A stretch of 64,000 bases of DNA, taken from NCBI GenBank assembly GCA_963819115.1, contig CAWFUR010000012.1, forward strand, positions 163,706-227,705. The letters run 5' to 3'. Positions 62,563 to 64,000 of the stretch are shown piece by piece. This stretch comes from an uncultured Thermoleophilaceae bacterium (GTDB taxonomy: Bacteria > Actinomycetota > Thermoleophilia > Solirubrobacterales > Thermoleophilaceae). How positions within the stretch are numbered: the stretch's first letter is position 1; each line of letters starts with the position of its first letter. Both the position numbers and the translations under genes were made by a program. Under the pieces are notes generated by a model. It was not told the origin of the DNA and ran no database searches. It saw nothing but the letters and a program-made list of their open reading frames with translations.

Positions 62563-63013
62563 TCAGCCGCCCTCGGCCCTGGCCTTCAGCCCCGCCGCAG
62601 CGTCCCCGAGCAGGAAGTCGCGGACGCGGGACTCGGCCGGGCCGCGCAGCAACAGCCCGAGCATGCGGCCCGGGTCGGCCTCGAGCCAGTAGGTCGCGCG
62701 GGTGCGGTCTCCACCGAGGTCCTCGAAGTCCCAGCCGCCGGTGAGCGACTTGGTGTCGCCCTTCTCCTGCACCCAGGTGATGGCGCCGGGCGGCTCGTAG
62801 CTGAAGCGAAGCACGGCCCGCACCGTCTTCACCTTCGCGTCCGACTCCGTCTCCACGAGCGAGCGCCCGCTTCTCTCCGTCGCGCTCGAGCACCTCCACG
62901 TCCTTGAGCGAGCCCTGCCACTCAGGCGCGTGGTCGATGTCCGACGCGATCTCGTAGCAACGCGCCATCGGCGCGTCGATCTCGACGCTTCTATCCCCCT
63001 TGATCACTCCCAT
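62563..63013 (-). pseudogene. SRPBCC (START/cyclase-dehydrase-like) protein interrupted by a 1-nt frameshift near 62857-62866
   Basis: MGVIKGDRSVEIDAPMARCYEIASDIDHAPEWQGSLKDVEVLERDGEKRA continues in another frame as VETESDAKVKTVRAVLRFSYEPPGAITWVQEKGD... Confidence 0.65.
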
Positions 63014-63111
63014 GCCGCGACTCTAACCCCTGGAGGCGGTCTCACGGAATGACGTCCTGAGTCGTTCGTACGGGTGCAAGGCGTGATGGACTTACCCCCA
63101 GGAGGCTCGGC

Positions 63112-63822
63112 GTGGCACAGGCGGAACAGGCTCTCGAAGAAGTGTGGGACCTCGTGAGTGCGGGCGGTGCGCCGTTCCGTGGACAGGTGATCTCGGGCGT
63201 GAGGACCACCGGCATCTACTGCCGCCCGGGCTGCCCCGGCCGCCCGAAGCGGGAGAACGTGACCTTCCTGCCGAGCGTCCGCGCGGCGCGCGAGGCCGGG
63301 TTCCGGGCCTGCAAGCGCTGCCGGCCCGACGAAGCCGGCCCCGTGTACACAACGGTGGACAGCCCGATCGGCGAGCTGCTGCTGGTCGGCGACGGCCAGG
63401 TGCTCCACGGACTCAGCATGCAGGACGCGCCGAGACCGAGGTCGGTGCTGCCGGAGTGGCGCCGCGACGACGGCGCCTTCCCGGAGATTCGCCGCGAACT
63501 CAGCGAGTACTTCGCGGGCGAGCGCACCGAATTCCAGGTACCGCTGGCGATGGAGGGCACGACCTTCCAGCGAACGGTGTGGAACGCGCTGCGCGCCATC
63601 CCCTACGGCGAGACGCGCAGCTACGGCGAGCTTGCCCGGGGCATCGGCAAGCCGTCCGCGATGCGTGCGGTGGGCCTGGCGAACGGACGTAATCCGATTG
63701 CGGTGATCGTCCCCTGCCACCGGGTGATCGGCGCCGATGGCTCGCTCACGGGCTTCGGCGGCGGCCTGGAGCGCAAGCGCACGCTGCTCGACCTCGAACG
63801 CGGACCGCGGCTGGCCGTCTAG
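63112..63822 (+). CDS. Ada-type Zn(Cys4) methylphosphotriester domain fused to O6-methylguanine-DNA methyltransferase (no AraC HTH)
   Basis: YCRPGCPGR...FRACKRCRPDE (C-x3-C...C-x2-C), followed directly by the MGMT domain with active site IVPCHRVIG. Confidence 0.8.
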   Translation: MAQAEQALEEVWDLVSAGGAPFRGQVISGVRTTGIYCRPGCPGRPKRENVTFLPSVRAAREAGFRACKRCRPDEAGPVYTTVDSPIGELLLVGDGQVLHGLSMQDAPRPRSVLPEWRRDDGAFPEIRRELSEYFAGERTEFQVPLAMEGTTFQRTVWNALRAIPYGETRSYGELARGIGKPSAMRAVGLANGRNPIAVIVPCHRVIGADGSLTGFGGGLERKRTLLDLERGPRLAV

Positions 63823-64000
63823 CCGCTGTCGGAGGCGGCGTCCTCGCGCTCGCTCTCGGCAAGCCAGTCGGTGGCCGCCGCGGGGGGCTCCCAGTCGTCC
63901 AGGGAGTCCGCCGCGGTGCGCTTGCCGAAGGCGTAGTCCCCGAAGGCCTCGTCGCGGGCGGCGATCGTGCCCATCAGGTCCTGGGTGGCGCGCTCCGAGA

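Noticed and set aside
63819-64000. Open minus-strand frame entering from the right edge (…MGTIAARDEAFGDYAFGKRTAADSLDDWEPPAAATDWLAESEREDAASDSG-stop, with its stop sharing the CTAG with the Ada/MGMT stop).
   Set aside because: Only ~60 codons are visible and no motif is recognisable. This is plausibly the 3' end of a real gene but not supportable from this window alone.

Overview
This is a very GC-rich, densely coding chromosome segment with an Actinomycetota-like style. A Thermoleophilia-like lineage is only a guess. The ORF track shows the usual GC-rich artefact of long Arg/Pro/Gly-rich shadow ORFs on the opposite strand and in wrong frames. I called genes from recognisable motifs and operon geometry (ATGA/GTGA overlaps). 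Core-type genes include ettA, tRNA-Arg(ACG), a P-II/ammonium transporter pair, pilT, many secreted hydrolases and several MarR, TCS and ECF regulators.

There are two main structural observations.

(1) A perfect 44-bp direct repeat of the 3' part of tRNA-Arg lies at 22327-22370 (inside the intact tRNA) and again at 43813-43856. It brackets about 21.5 kb of accessory-looking DNA. That DNA holds a stretch of gene relics, a RHH/PIN toxin-antitoxin pair, an IS481 scrap, a frameshifted ECF sigma/anti-sigma, two two-component systems, a ferredoxin/ferredoxin-reductase pair, an ApbE/ferric-reductase module and a P1B-ATPase. The only integrase signal is a decayed tyrosine-recombinase relic just beyond the distal repeat.

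(2) A three-gene cassette occurs twice, flanking the distal repeat. It consists of a CarH-type B12-binding sensor fused to GGDEF, an IsdG-like ABM monooxygenase, and a small Cys/His-bearing helical protein of unknown family. The copy at 44278-46374 is intact and the copy at 41752-43635 is decayed. I regard this as the best candidate for an undescribed tetrapyrrole/light-to-c-di-GMP signalling system.

Other points: REP-like intergenic repeats, MarR operator motifs, several single-nucleotide frameshifts that need read-level checking, and no CRISPR array.
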